Below are positions 26,886-44,078 of a DNA stretch of 64,000 nt, in pieces; positions within the stretch are counted from its first letter, which is position 1; each line of letters begins with the position of its first letter. Origin of the DNA: the human T2T-CHM13v2.0 reference genome, Homo sapiens; assembly GCF_009914755.1 (NCBI RefSeq), contig NC_060929.1; one strand, given 5' to 3'. The notes beneath the pieces were generated by a model. That model did no database searches and was not told the origin of the DNA. It saw only the letters and a program-made list of their open reading frames with translations. The position numbers and the translations under genes were made by a program.

Positions 26886-27317
26886 TTCATCTATTCTTAT
26901 AGCTTTAGTAACTGTCCATATACTACTGATAATTTCAACATTTCTACGTCTAACAGATATTTCTCCTGGTTTCCACAAGAAGTGAAAGTCCACAATAAAT
27001 CCCACAAAACTAAGTACAGGCCCTTTAAATTCAGCAAATCTAAAACTAAAAGCGTCTTCTTCTCCCCCAAACCTACTGCTTCTCAACAATCTTCTATTCC
27101 AGTGAATGGAACCACCACTTACTCCATAACGCAAGCCAGAAACCAAGGGCATTTTTCTCCCTCCCCACACTCCCTTAACCTAACTACTGCTCTTCCTAGT
27201 TCAGGTCTCCCCAGCTGTCTCACAAAATTAATACACAAGTCTATCAACTTGTCTCCCTGAATTCACATTCGTGCTCTCCAATTCAGTCTCCACAATGAAG
27301 TCACAGTACTATTTTAA

Positions 27318-27464
<147 letters not shown>

Positions 27465-28474
27465 TGAGTAGCTAGGACTACAGGACTACGGGCATGCGCC
27501 ACCATGCCCAGCTAATTTTTGTATTTTTAGTAGAGATGGGGTTTCACCATGTTGGCCAGGATGGTCTCGATCTCTTGACCTTGTGATCCGCCCGCCTCGG
27601 CCTCCCAAAGTGCTGGGATTACAGGCGTGAGCCACCGTGCCTAGCCTGATCATGTCACTTCTTTGCTTCAAGGATTCCTCATCCTGCAGGATAAATTTTA
27701 AACTCCCTGAAATGGCTTATAAGGCCTTGTGAGATTCGGCCCCTACTTACCCTATTAACCTCCTTTCCCTAGCCTATAGAATATTAGTTTCCCGATTTGC
27801 CAGGGTTTGTCTAATCTCTATGCATTTGTTGATGCTGCTCCAACTGCCTGGCCAAGCCAGCTATTTCCTCAGGACTCAGCTTATATGTTAGTATTAGATG
27901 CTCCTTCTATATGTTCACATCAATCTGCACTTCCCCCTTCATAGCATCTGTCATGCAGTACTGTTGTCTGTTTACTTGTCTGAAACCCCCACTAAACCAT
28001 AAGCTCCGTGAGGGCAATATACACAACTGTCTTGTTCAATTAATATCTCGTGCTCAGTATAGTGCCTAGAACAAAGAGAAGGCATTTAAAAATTTTATCA
28101 AGTGAATTATAGAAGCACATACTCATCACCTGTAAAGTATCACAGCACAAGTAGAAATGTCTCAGTGACAGAAATCTGGGATCTTTCCTTGTTTATACAA
28201 CTTACTACCATAAATCTTTGAGACTGGCTCTTGTTTTGACTCAGTCTCCCTCCATAAATAGCCAAAAAATTAATTTAGGGTAAGCCTTTCTAATTGAGCC
28301 ACTTTAAAGTTGCCATCTGTCAAAATATATAAATCCTTTTTAACTACCACAATTTTAATTGAGGGCCTACTATATGCCAGGCACTATTCCAAGACCTAAG
28401 GATATAATGTGAACAAAAACAGACATTAAAAAGCACATTAAGATACCGCTTCAGGAGCCGGGCGCGGTGGCTCA

Positions 28475-28758
<284 letters not shown>

Positions 28759-28889
28759 TCAGGCTGGGCATGATAGCTCATGCCTATAATCCCAGCACTT
28801 TGGAAAACGGAGGCAGGAAGATCACTTGAACTCAGGAGTTTGAGACAAGCCTGGGCAACATGGTGAGACCTTGGCACTACTAAAAATTA

Positions 28890-29057
<168 letters not shown>

Positions 29058-29703
29058 TTACCATCACAGAACTCACAGTCAGTTGTAAGAGAAACACCTT
29101 ACTTCATATAATCACACAAATATAAAATAACACAAGTGCTACAAAGGAAAGGAACATAGCATTATAACTTGAATGGAGACATCCCTGGGGAAAATTCCAC
29201 TTTTACTAAGATCTGAGGGATGAGCAGAAGTAAACTAGGAAAGAGTGGAAGAAAGATAAATCCAGGAAGATAGACTAGTATGTGCAAAGGTATTGTGTTA
29301 AGAGGAAGTATGGTAAGAAAGGTATTTATTGAAAAGTTATATCGCAATTCTGAGATGATTTAAGATGAACTTTGATTATAAATTTCTTTTATAAACAGCA
29401 ATTAAAGTTTTGATAATCTTTCTCTGTCATTTTCCTCTTCTAATCCCCTAATTCCATTTAACAAATGTATTATGCATGCATATACACACGTGTATACATA
29501 TCCATAAATATATGTTATCTGACTGCTTCCCAAACACAATAACACTTTTCTCATTCTGCGGTATTTCCTAAGCACAGGCCTTAAGAATTAAAGCTAAGCC
29601 GCTCCATACTAAGCTGCTGTGGAGACATGGCATGGTAGAAAGGAAAGCGTATGGACTGTGGAAGGAATCTAGTCCCCGCTTCCATCACTCATTAACTGTA
29701 TTA

Positions 29704-30225
29704 CAGCAGTCTCCAACCTTTTTGGCACCAGGAACTGGTTTTATGGAAGACAGTTTTTCTATGGACCAGGCTAGGGGATGGTTTCAGGATGCTTCAGGTG
29801 CATTACATTTATAGTGCACTTTACTTCTATTATTGTTACATTATACTATACAATGAAATCATTATACAACTTACCATAATGTAGAATCAGTGGGAGCCCT
29901 GAGCTTGTTTTCCTGCAACCAGATGGTCCTAACTGGGGGTTATGAGAGACAGTGACAGATTATCAGGCATTAGGTTCTCACAAGGAGTGCACCACCTAGA
30001 TCCCTTGCATGCACAGTTCAGAGTAGGGTTCGCACTCCTATAAGAATTTAATGCCTCTGCTGATCTGATAGGAGGCAGAGCTCAGGTGGTAATGCGAGCA
30101 ATGCAAAGTGGCTGTAAATACAGATGAAGCTTTGCCTGCTCGCCCACCACTCATCTACTGTGTGGCCTGATTCCTAACAGGCCACAGAATGGTATTGGTT
30201 GTGGCCCAGGGGTTGGGGACCCCTC
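29704..30225. mobile_element. MER1A-like hAT-Charlie non-autonomous DNA transposon inside a MIR-like remnant
   Basis: TIRs CAGCAGTCTCCAACC... and ...GGTTGGGGACCCCTC; ~520 bp; degenerate 8-bp TSD CTGTATTA/CTGTATGG. Confidence 0.8.
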
Positions 30226-30389
30226 CTGTATGGCATTGGGAAATTCACTTATTAACCTGTGAATTTATTTGGTTACTATTTAAAAACTCTCATTGGTGGC
30301 TCATGCCTGTAATCCCAGCACTTTGGAGCCCAAGGCAGGTAGATCAGTTGAGGTCAGCATTTCAAGACCAAAGTTAGTCAGCCTGGCTA

Positions 30390-30632
<243 letters not shown>

Positions 30633-31705
30633 TTAGTTTTGTTTTACATCAAAAGCATTTAGCTCCACGTGGATGAGGGCAACAGCGGGCCATCCTTGGG
30701 AGTATCGTATTACTGGTATTTAGTCAGAAATTATCCTATTGACTTTCTTGCCCATCCTATGCTGTACTACTATATCGTTTGTGCCACGAAACTTAGCACT
30801 TCATCATCTACACTTTTATACTTATTGTACCATCTGTCTAAGCCTATTTTCTCAACTATAGTCTTTGAAGGCAAAATATCTACTTATTTTGTATCCCCAA
30901 TATTATTTAGTATGGGTCTATCCAAACACACTGATTATTGTTTTAAGAAAATGTAAGCCGGGCGCGGTGGCTCACGCCTGTAATCCCAGCACTTTGGGAG
31001 GCTAAGGTGGGCGGATCACGAGGTCAGGAGTTTGATATCAGCCTGACCAACACGGTGAAACCCCGTCTCTACTAAAAATACAAAAATTAGCCGGGCATGA
31101 TGGCACGCACCTGTAAACCCAGTTACTTGGGAGGCTGAGGCAGGAGAATCGCTTGAACCCAGGAGAAGGAGGCTGCAGTGAGATCACGCCATTGCACTCC
31201 AGCCTGGGCTACAGAGCAAGACTCTGTCTCAAAATAAAATAAAATAAAATAAAATAAAAATACAAAAATTAGCCGGGCCTGGTGGCAGGAGCCTGTAATC
31301 CCAGCTACTCAGGAGGGTGAAGCAGGAAGAATCGCTTGAACCCAGAAGGCGGAAGTTGCAGTGAGCCGAGATCCTGCCATTGTACTCCAGCCTGGGTGAC
31401 AGAGAGAGACTCTGTCTCAAAAAAAAATACTGTAATAACCTCTGACTTCACCCTTTGTTTTCATCCCTCTCATATCTAATTACTTCCCAAGTCCTGTGAT
31501 TTTCCTTTTGAAATATTTCCATCCTATCCCTCTGCCATCCTTCCTCTCCTTCCCATTGCTACTTAGTCCAAACCGTTACCACCCACACATCTAGATTGTC
31601 ACAACAGCTACCTGTCTGATCTCTCTGGGTCTCTATCTACTCATATCTTCTACTCATGTTAAAATAAAATTAGATTTTGTTTTCATCCAGTCACAGCAAT
31701 GCTCA

Positions 31706-31918
<213 letters not shown>

Positions 31919-32982
31919 TCAGGAAAGAGTCCACCCTCCTGTGGGTAAATTTCAAGGTTCTGGAAAATCTCCCCCCTGTGAACCTGTGTAATCTTATCTT
32001 CCTCTATCTGTTGTTCCCTGTAACCTGACTTAACAGCACTCTCTGAAGTCCCCTGCTCCGGTCTACTTCTATTTTCACAATGGTACCCCACCTGAATGCA
32101 TTTTCTCCTCTACTCCAACAAAATCCTAGCTACAGTTCAAAATTCTACTTACTTTAGTTTTACCTCATCTTGGAAGTCTTCTACTGTCAGTTTAGCCCAG
32201 ACTGAGATCTCCTTTTATTCAAGAAACATTTTTAGAGTCTAATATAGACAAGGCTCTAAACAGATACAAAGATAACACCACTATTCTTGACTCCCTACCA
32301 GCTTTCTTTTCTTTTCCTTTTTTTTTCTTTTCTTTCCTTAACACAACTATTAATATTCCTCACTCCAAACCAGCTTGCTATATTTATTTATTTATTTATT
32401 TATTTTATTTACTTACTTACAGAATCTTGCTCTGTCAACCAGGATGCAGTGGTGCAATCATAGCTTACTGCAGCCTTGACCTCCCAGGCTCAAACAATCC
32501 TCCTACCTCGGCCTCACAAGTAGCCGGGAGTACAGGATTGTGCACGATGCCTGATGCCCAGCTAATTTATTTTTTATTTTTAGTAGAGACAAGGTCTTGC
32601 TATGTTGCCCAGGCTGGGCTTGAACTTTTGAGCTCAAGTGATCCTCCTGCCTCAGCCTCTCAAAATGCTGAGATTAGAGGTGTGAGCTACTATAGCCAGC
32701 CTACCAGCACTATCTACTGAGCACTTAAAATGTGCCTGACACAGTTTAAATGCTTTATACCTAGTACCTAATTTGATCTTTTAAAAAATCTGTGCCAGGT
32801 GCAGTAGCTCACACCTGTAATCCAGCATTTTGGGAGGCTGAGGCGGGCAAATCACTTGAGCCCAGGAGTTTGAGACCAGCCTGGGTAACATGGGAAAACC
32901 CCATCTCTACAAAATATTGGCCAGGTGTGGTGGTTGATTGAGGAGGAGCACCGTCATCTCGGACAAACACCGAGATGTTTTA

Positions 32983-33084
<102 letters not shown>

Positions 33085-33669
33085 TCAAAAACCAACCAAC
33101 CAACCAAACAAAAAACCTGCTGAGCTAAACACTTACAAGCCAATGCTAAAGTCAACACTAAACATCAGAATAGCTGTGATCTTTCCTCTTCCTTGATTTT
33201 TCATAGGTTAAATGACAATGCCTCAAACCGCTCCGCCACTTTATATCTCCTTTCTTCCCCTAAAGGCATCCACAATTTACTTACTATTCCCCCCGCCTTT
33301 TTTTTTGTGAGGCGGAGTCTTGCTAAACCTCCCTTTATATGAGCAACTCTCCATTAAGCCACAGACCTGACTTTCAATGTTTTAATATACTTTCTCTAAT
33401 AATAGTGCTCCAGCTGACTACTGATTCTACTAAACAAAATTACTGATACTGCCTTTACCATCCCATACTTGGTCTGCCTTATAGTTGGAATTACTGAGTG
33501 CTCAATATTTTTTGGTTCTGCAACTAAAAGGTAGTGCCCCCTATTCCCTATCCCCATTTTCAGGATGTCTATTATTATTGTATAGAAAAAGAATGTTAGC
33601 CACCTTCATAAAAATAAAACAATGTATAAGGAGCACTTATGATTCATATTCATCCTACAAATTGGCTTA

Positions 33670-33879
<210 letters not shown>

Positions 33880-33978
33880 CTATTGACAAAAGAAACAACA
33901 CAAATTTTTAATTATTTCAAGCCTAACAATTTGTACATATAACGTGTAAATTTTGTAAAGAAACAGTCATATTCTTAG

Positions 33979-34116
<138 letters not shown>

Positions 34117-35240
34117 TGAACAGCTGGGATTACAAGCGTGCACCACCATGCCCAGCTCATTTTTGTACTTTTAGTAGAAACAGGGTTTCACCATGTTGGC
34201 CAGGCTGGTCTTGAACTCCTGACCTCAGGTGATCCTCCTGCCTCAGCCTCCCCAACTCCTGGAATTGTAGGTGTGCACCATCATGCCCAGCCTATGTTCC
34301 ATGCATTTCAACTGAAATTTCTCAACCAATGTGCTTCCATTCCTATTTTAAGAAAATGTAATCCATTTTATAATCAATATTTATAGGACAAAGTGAGATA
34401 TATTACTTTATCTCAAGTTGGCATTTGGTTGCTTATTAAAATAATTTAATGTACTATAACTTAGTATTCTGTTGAAAGATATCCTGCTATTTTTAAACTT
34501 GGTTTGTGGTTAAATTTAACACCCAAAATTTAAAAGGCCCTTATGTTTTCAAATGAGCATGGATTTCAACACGATTAAGTATGTGATCTGAATTTATATA
34601 AATTAATTATTCTCTAATTTTAAACCTAAACTCTAGAAAGTAAACCATAAGTTCTAGGGAGCATCATAAATTCATTAGACTATAACAAAAGAACACCAAA
34701 ATATATGCAAAATCTTCAGATATGTGAACTACCAATTTATAACCACAGAAACTTTACATAAATATGTAATTATTTGTGGGTGAACGTTTGCTCCTTGTCT
34801 GTACTCTTCTATTAAACAATTAACCACCTTTTTAGACTGGCAACAATTATTGCTAAAATAATTTTAAAATGTAAATGATGCCCATGTATCAGCTTAGGAA
34901 ACAAATGAGATTTAATATTGTATGCTACTTATTCTATTTTTCATCACACTGACTTAATTATAATCAATTCTGAAATATTTAACCATTTTGTTCAAACTAT
35001 CAAGAATATGTGTTCAATTAGCTAAAAATGAAGGGTTTTTTTTTGTTTTTTTTTTTAAGAGAACAAGTCTTGCTATATTGCCAGGCTGGTCTCGAACTCC
35101 TGGCCTCAAGTGATCTTCCTGCCTTGGCCTCCCAAGTTGCTAGGACTACAGGCATGAGCCACTGTTCCTAGCTCTAGAAAACTATACCTTTATGAAAATA
35201 TATTTGCCTTCATTCCAATAACACAGTATCAATTTTTCTA

Positions 35241-35715
<475 letters not shown>

Positions 35716-36200
35716 CTACCATATTAATCCTCTACTTAAGGAAAATTACTGGTTTCCTGTCCAGTCTTTATTTTAAAGGCAAAAGCAGTGAAAGTAGGGA
35801 AGGGGTAATATGAATAAGCATTGTAGAAGATCCATTCAGGGATGAGGAATTAGGTACAGTATTTACTCAGATAAACCATGAAATGAAATCCCTAGAAATG
35901 CTCTAGTACCCCTCTTCAAGTTGTTTAATTTTTTCTCCATTACTAGACAACTTTTCTACAGATATTCTCACTAATTACTCTAACTGTAATTTATTTAATG
36001 AAATTCTAGCATAAAAATTTAGTTTGGGTCAGGCCGGTGGCTCACTTCTATAATCCCAGCACTTTGGTAGGCCAAGGCAGGCGGATCACCTGAGGTCGGG
36101 AGTTCAAGATCAGCCTGACCAACATGGAGAAACGCTGTCTCTACTAAAAATACAAAATTAGCCTGGCATGATGGTCCATGCCTGTAATCCCAGCTACTCA

Positions 36201-36347
<147 letters not shown>

Positions 36348-36606
36348 TTAGACTAAGAATATTAACTAGTCCAAGAAATCTCTCCAGTGGAATTAGATTA
36401 CATCAAATTTAAAATCCTATAAAAAGCCAGTGAGTGCCAGGTGCAGTGGCTCACACCTGTAATCTCAGTACTTTGGGAGGCTGAGGTGGGCAGATCACAT
36501 GAAGCCAGGAGTTCTAAATCAGCCTGGGCAACATGGTGAAACCCCGTCTCTACTAAAAATACAAAAATTAGCTGGGCGTGGTCGTACGTGCCTGTAATCC
36601 CAGCTA

Positions 36607-36759
<153 letters not shown>

Positions 36760-37160
36760 TTAGGGTATCTCAAAATTATCTGCATAACAGTTGTTACAGT
36801 AAAACACATATTCAAGTTCATCTCTGTATTGTCACATACTGGTTAGTTTTCCAAAATGATTAAATAGAAAAAAAATAATCAATTTAAGTGCAACAGTTGA
36901 AGAAAGAGCAAGAGATACTGCCTTGGGGGAAAAAAATCTCCTAATCAGATTTTCATTCACAGTACACAATTGCCTTATTTATAGTATTATGTTTTAGGTC
37001 ATCAGGACATGAACTGATATCTTTCACAAAATCGTAACATCTTTACTGACTCACTTTTCATTGTCTAGAAATAGAGCTGTTCTATTTATTTATTTATTTG
37101 AGATGGAGTCTCGCTCTGCTGCCCAGGCTGGAGTGCAGTGGCGTGGTCTCGGCTCACTGA

Positions 37161-37662
<502 letters not shown>

Positions 37663-38239
37663 TAAGCCCAGGTGATGGAGGCTGCAGTGAGCTATGATCA
37701 TGCCACTGCGCTGCAGCCTGGGCAACAGGGAGACTCCATTTCTTAAAAAAAAAAAAAAAAAAAGAGAAAGAAGGCAAATTGATCCATCATATCTCATATA
37801 GACTTACAAAGAAAGAAGAAAATATTATTTTTGTATCAGATAAAGCAAACAAGAACATCTGCTGCATATGAAACAGCTATACTATATCGTCAAGATCATA
37901 AACCTTAAAGGATGTAAATAGATTCCAATAAATAGAATACATACTTATTTAAATATTTTTAAAATCATTAATTTTCTACCCCAACCCTAAGGAATGTTAA
38001 TGCTCCTTTCTCCACACTCCTCAGTTGTTTCTCCTGGGCTGAACTGTCACACCTACATAGGATTCTGTCTTCTTCCCTGATCTCTCCTGATATTGTTCCT
38101 CATTTCTAAAAGCCTACTGGTAATCTTTACTTAAATGTACTCCTGTCACCTCAAATTCAACATTTCCAAAATTGAAGTAGTTCCCAAACCATGTCTCTTT
38201 TGAGTCTTTCGTATTTCTATCAATTGTATCAATCACTGA

Positions 38240-39243
<1,004 letters not shown>

Positions 39244-40069
39244 TAACTTTACTTTTCATTCACATTGCTGCATTTTAGCAAGGGTCCTCAGACATTTTCC
39301 AAAATTCCTTAATTGAACTCCTAACAGACCTATTTTTACTCTTAGTCCTCCAATCTATTCTGCACAATAGTGGTAGATTAAAATTTACATTTCTTTACAC
39401 TGAATTCAAAACCTTCACGACTTTCCACCTCTTACAAAATCAAGTTTTGACTCCTTAGCCTAAAAGACTTTAAAATCTACCTCCAATTTACTGTTCTAAT
39501 ATACCTCTTTCCAATTCTGCTCAGAAAACTCTACAGGCACATGTCTTTGCTCTTTGTCCTTTCCACTTTGCCCTTTATCCTTTGTCCTTCTTTAGTCTCT
39601 TTTGAGTTTATGTTGTTCCTCTAACCTAGAACACAACAGTTTCTCCCTCTTATCTAAACCCTCCACATCCTTCAAAGCCAAATTCATGTCCCATTTCCTC
39701 AAAAAAACTTTCCCTACCAGGGAAAGGACTTTGTGTTGATTCCTTGGCATTTATTATGAGCCACTTTTTATTCAGTATGATTTTCATATACTCTCCTTTC
39801 TGATTAAATTATAGAAGTCTTTAAGGGCAGGAACTATCTTTTACCTCCTTATAGTCTCAGTACCTAGCACCATGCCTTGCACATAGCAGAAATTTTTATT
39901 AAGTATTATACTTGAATATTTCTGAATAATTATTAAACAATATTGGTGTAGCTTTTGTTACATACCCCAAAACACATATATCTTGTATCACTATAAAATT
40001 ACAAAATGTAGATAAGATAGAGTATTACACTTGTTTCTACATAATATGAATCAGTACATGTGTGAACTA

Positions 40070-40324
<255 letters not shown>

Positions 40325-40649
40325 TTACTACTTTATAGAAATAAAGAAAGAAAATGGAAAATGTTAAACGTTTATATTTTTATTTATTAAAACTAGATAA
40401 TGCATATCCACAATAAACCCACAGTCTCAAATATAGAGACATTAAAAAAAAAAAAGGAATCTTTTCCACTGAGCCTTTTTGTCTTTGGGAACTAAAGACA
40501 GCTTGAGTAAGGTGTCCTTCTGAGGCTCCACCTCTCACCAGAACTTAGGGGTACTCCTGCTGTCTCGGTCATGCCCATCAACACTGAGACTACCACACTA
40601 TAAGTCACCATCCATCAAGCATGGGGTCCCTACACTTCCTGTCATGTTC

Positions 40650-41110
40650 CTGTCAAATAATAGGTTCCCGCACTACTGCAGTCGCCCACTTATCAGGCCC
40701 AAGGTCCTAAAAAAAGCCTGGTCTCGCCCGCAACTCAAACCACACGTCTTAGGATGCCGGACCGGCGTCACGCCCCACGTCCCGCTGTTGACTTTATCCA
40801 AACAGCCGCCGCCGCCTCAGCCCATTCTGTGGTCCCGCTGGTCTGGCTCTGCGTAGTTCCAGTGGAGCCACCGAACACTGATACTACTTTGTTGCTCAGC
40901 CCCGCAAGGAACCGGCCACTTGCCACCATGGAAACGCCGGCGGAGTTGCTGCGTTCTAGACTCGTGCGCAAGACCGGAACATGGGCAGGGTCCCGACCCG
41001 GAAGGGGAAGTGGGAAGAAACGGAAACCTACTCTGGGTAGGCGCAAGGTGGAAGAGTGCTGTGCTTGGGAATGGGGGAGGGGAGTACAGATTGCTGTCGC
41101 AGCTGAGCCT
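40650..41110. promoter_or_regulatory. CpG-rich CDKL3 promoter with ETS-like CGGAA sites and an X-box-like element
   Basis: Dense CpG in an otherwise CpG-depleted background. CCGGAA/CGGAA at ~40974, ~40998 and ~41021; GCCACCATGGAAAC at 40922-40935. Confidence 0.75.
40763..40900 (-). other. CDKL3: Probable non-coding first exon of CDKL3 (boundaries approximate)
   Basis: GC/CpG-rich unique sequence ~430 nt upstream of the ATG exon. Candidate minus-strand donors: GCCG|GTCCGG (40762), GGC|GTGACG (40771) and GAC|GTGGGG (40778). The TSS cannot be fixed from sequence. Confidence 0.6.
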
Positions 41111-41190
41111 CCTCACAAGGTTGCTTTTGAATGTGGATAGGAAGGATCTGCATCTTTTTTTTTTTTTTTTTTTTTTTTGAGATAGTCTAG

Positions 41191-41337
<147 letters not shown>

Positions 41338-42241
41338 TAGTAGAGACGGGGTTTCTACCATGTTGGCCAGGCTGGTCTCGAACTCCCAACATCAGGTGAT
41401 CCGCCTGCCTCGGCCTCCCAAAGTGCTGGGATTACAGGCGTAAGCCACCGCCCCCGGTCAAGATGGTTCTTAAATCAAAAACTTTTCTTGAACACTTGCC
41501 ATATGCCTTTTAATTTTTTCCAACTGCTAGTAATCTTTTTTAAAGAAAAAAAACCTCCCTCACCACATGTCAAACTCTAGGAAAGCAAGTAATTCGAAGA
41601 GTTCCACCATATACGAAATGATGTACAAGAGCACGGAAATAAAGAGGCCAGTGTCTAACTGCTTAAGTAGACATAGAGTTCAACTGAAATGACAGTCCCT
41701 AATGAATAACCACCATATCACTAGACCAAGTGCCTAGGGAGTGCTTTCTTTATTGAATAGGGCTTTCTTTGCTTTCTTCTATAAAATGAGTTAAATGTAA
41801 AAAAGCGAAATCTCGCTATGCTTCCGCTAAATAAGAGGAAAGGCATTATTTAATAAATCTAGTCTGGTGGGTCCCACCCAGCATGCATATTTAAATCACA
41901 CCTGGAGAGCTTTTAGAAAGCATCCCAACCCCCACCTCCACACCCCTGCCCCAATGCCAGAGCACCTGATTTAATTGGGATAGCGTAAATAAATTAGTAT
42001 TTTTGAAGCTTCTCAAGTTTTTTCTATGCTGCTAGGGTTTATATTGAGAGAAAGGAGAAGTGGTCATCGTTTTCATTGATCACCTAAAATATTCAGAATT
42101 GTCTTTTCTTTGAAGGTTATTCAGACGGGCGCAGTGGCTAACGCCTGTAATCCCAGCACTTTGGGAGGCCCAGGCGGGCGGATCACGAGGTCAGGAGATC
42201 GAGACCATCCTGGCTAACACGGTGAAACCCCATTTCTACTA

Positions 42242-42436
<195 letters not shown>

Positions 42437-43109
42437 TCAACCACAATATAAAATACCTTCTATAAATAAGAATGTCATAGTAAATCTTATAGTGGGCTCA
42501 AACTTGGTGTAAGCATATTATTTGTTGTGGGCTAAATATTTGCAAGGAGGCTGCGCACAGTGGCTCACACCTGTAATCCCAGGGAGGCCAAGGTGGGCAG
42601 ATCACTTGAGCCCAGGAGTTCCAGACCAGCCTGGGCAAGAGGGCAAAACTCCATCTCTACAAAAAATTAGCCGGGCATGGTGGTGCACACCTGTGGTCCC
42701 AGCTACTTGGGCATCTGAAGGAGAATTACTGGAGCCCAGAAGGTCAAGGCTGCAGTGAGCCCTGTTCACACCACTGCACTCCAACCTGGGTGACAGAGCA
42801 AGACTCTGTCTCAAAAAATAAAAAAATTTGCCCAGGACAAAGATGAACCAAACTGAGTCCCTGCCCTCAATGAACTCATAATCCAGAGCTACAGAACTGA
42901 TAACAGCATACAGTTAATAGCTTTAAAATTATTCCTTCTACAAGTAGGTTATGGCAGGCCTGGTTAACAAGGACAGCCAGTGATTCTTGCTAATACACAG
43001 CTGTAAGACTTTATGATGCACATTCACTGAATCAGTTAAAAGTGTTATATCATTTTGGAAAATAATAAACTGTTTCCAAAACAATTATAAATCCCTGTAG
43101 TCTCTGAAT

Positions 43110-44078
43110 TCCTTACCTCTATTGCCTCCAGTTCCCATCTTCAGGACTTCGTTGGTGGGTCAGGAGGACTCTGAGCACTTTTGTATCCATTCGTCAGCTC
43201 AACAGGGAAAGAGGGGGTAGGAGGAGGACCTCAGCATTGCCCTAATCTTGCCCATAGTTCCATGGAACCAGAAAGGGTTAACTTTTCCCACTTTCCTTGT
43301 ACCTCCCTTTCTTCAAACCCTGAATTCTGTCTCTGCTTTCAGTGACTGCCTTGACTGATAAATTACAAGGGTTTTTTTGGTTGTTGCGGGATTTTTTTGA
43401 GGCAGGGTCTCAGTGGCATGATGATGGCTCACTGCAGCTTCAACTTCCTCGTCTCAAGCGATTCTTCTGCCTCAGCCTCCTGAGTTGCTGGGACTATTGG
43501 TGTGCGCCACCATGCCTGGCTAATTTTACTTTTTGTAGAGACAGGATCTCCTATGTTGCCCAGGCTGGTCTTCAACTCCTGGCCTCCCAAAGTATTAGGA
43601 TTACAGGCATGAGCTAATGCCCCAGCTCATGAGGGATATTTTTAAGATATAGTTTCTCTTTACCATTTTTCTCCATGTAACCCTACCTGTGTGTCTTCCT
43701 CCTTTGCTATTGGAAGGGTTAGGACTGCAATGGCAGAAAGGCAAAAAAATTAAGAATATTCAGCTTTTAACTTAAAAAACACATTGCGAATGTCTAACAG
43801 GACCTATCAAGAGTTAGGCCTGGCTAACCTGATCACCAAGGCAGTCACTGGAAGCAGAGAGGGAATTCAGGGTTTGAAGAAAGAGGTACAAGGAAAGTCA
43901 GAAAAGTTAACTCTGCTTCCATGGAATCAGGGGCAAGGCTGAGGCAATGTTAAGGTCCTCATTCCACCCTCCCTTTACCTGTTGAACTGAACAGTTCCCC
44001 AAATGGATACAAAAGTACTCAGAGTCCTTAGTATAACAAAGTCCTGAAGGTAGGAATTGGAAGCAATAGAGGGAAGGA
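43110..44078. repeat. Diverged long inverted repeat (arms 43110-43353 and 43837-44078; spacer contains an old Alu at ~43390-43628)
   Basis: Manual alignment of the left arm to the reverse complement of the right arm is colinear over ~245 bp. It includes an exact 21-mer, CTTTCTTCAAACCCTGAATTC (43307-27 vs 43863-83), and several 14-15-mers. Confidence 0.9.

Noticed and set aside
40325-40335. Tandem AAG-TAG (NAGNAG) acceptor of the CDKL3 ATG exon
   Set aside because: Real, but in the 5' UTR; a 3-nt shift has no coding consequence.
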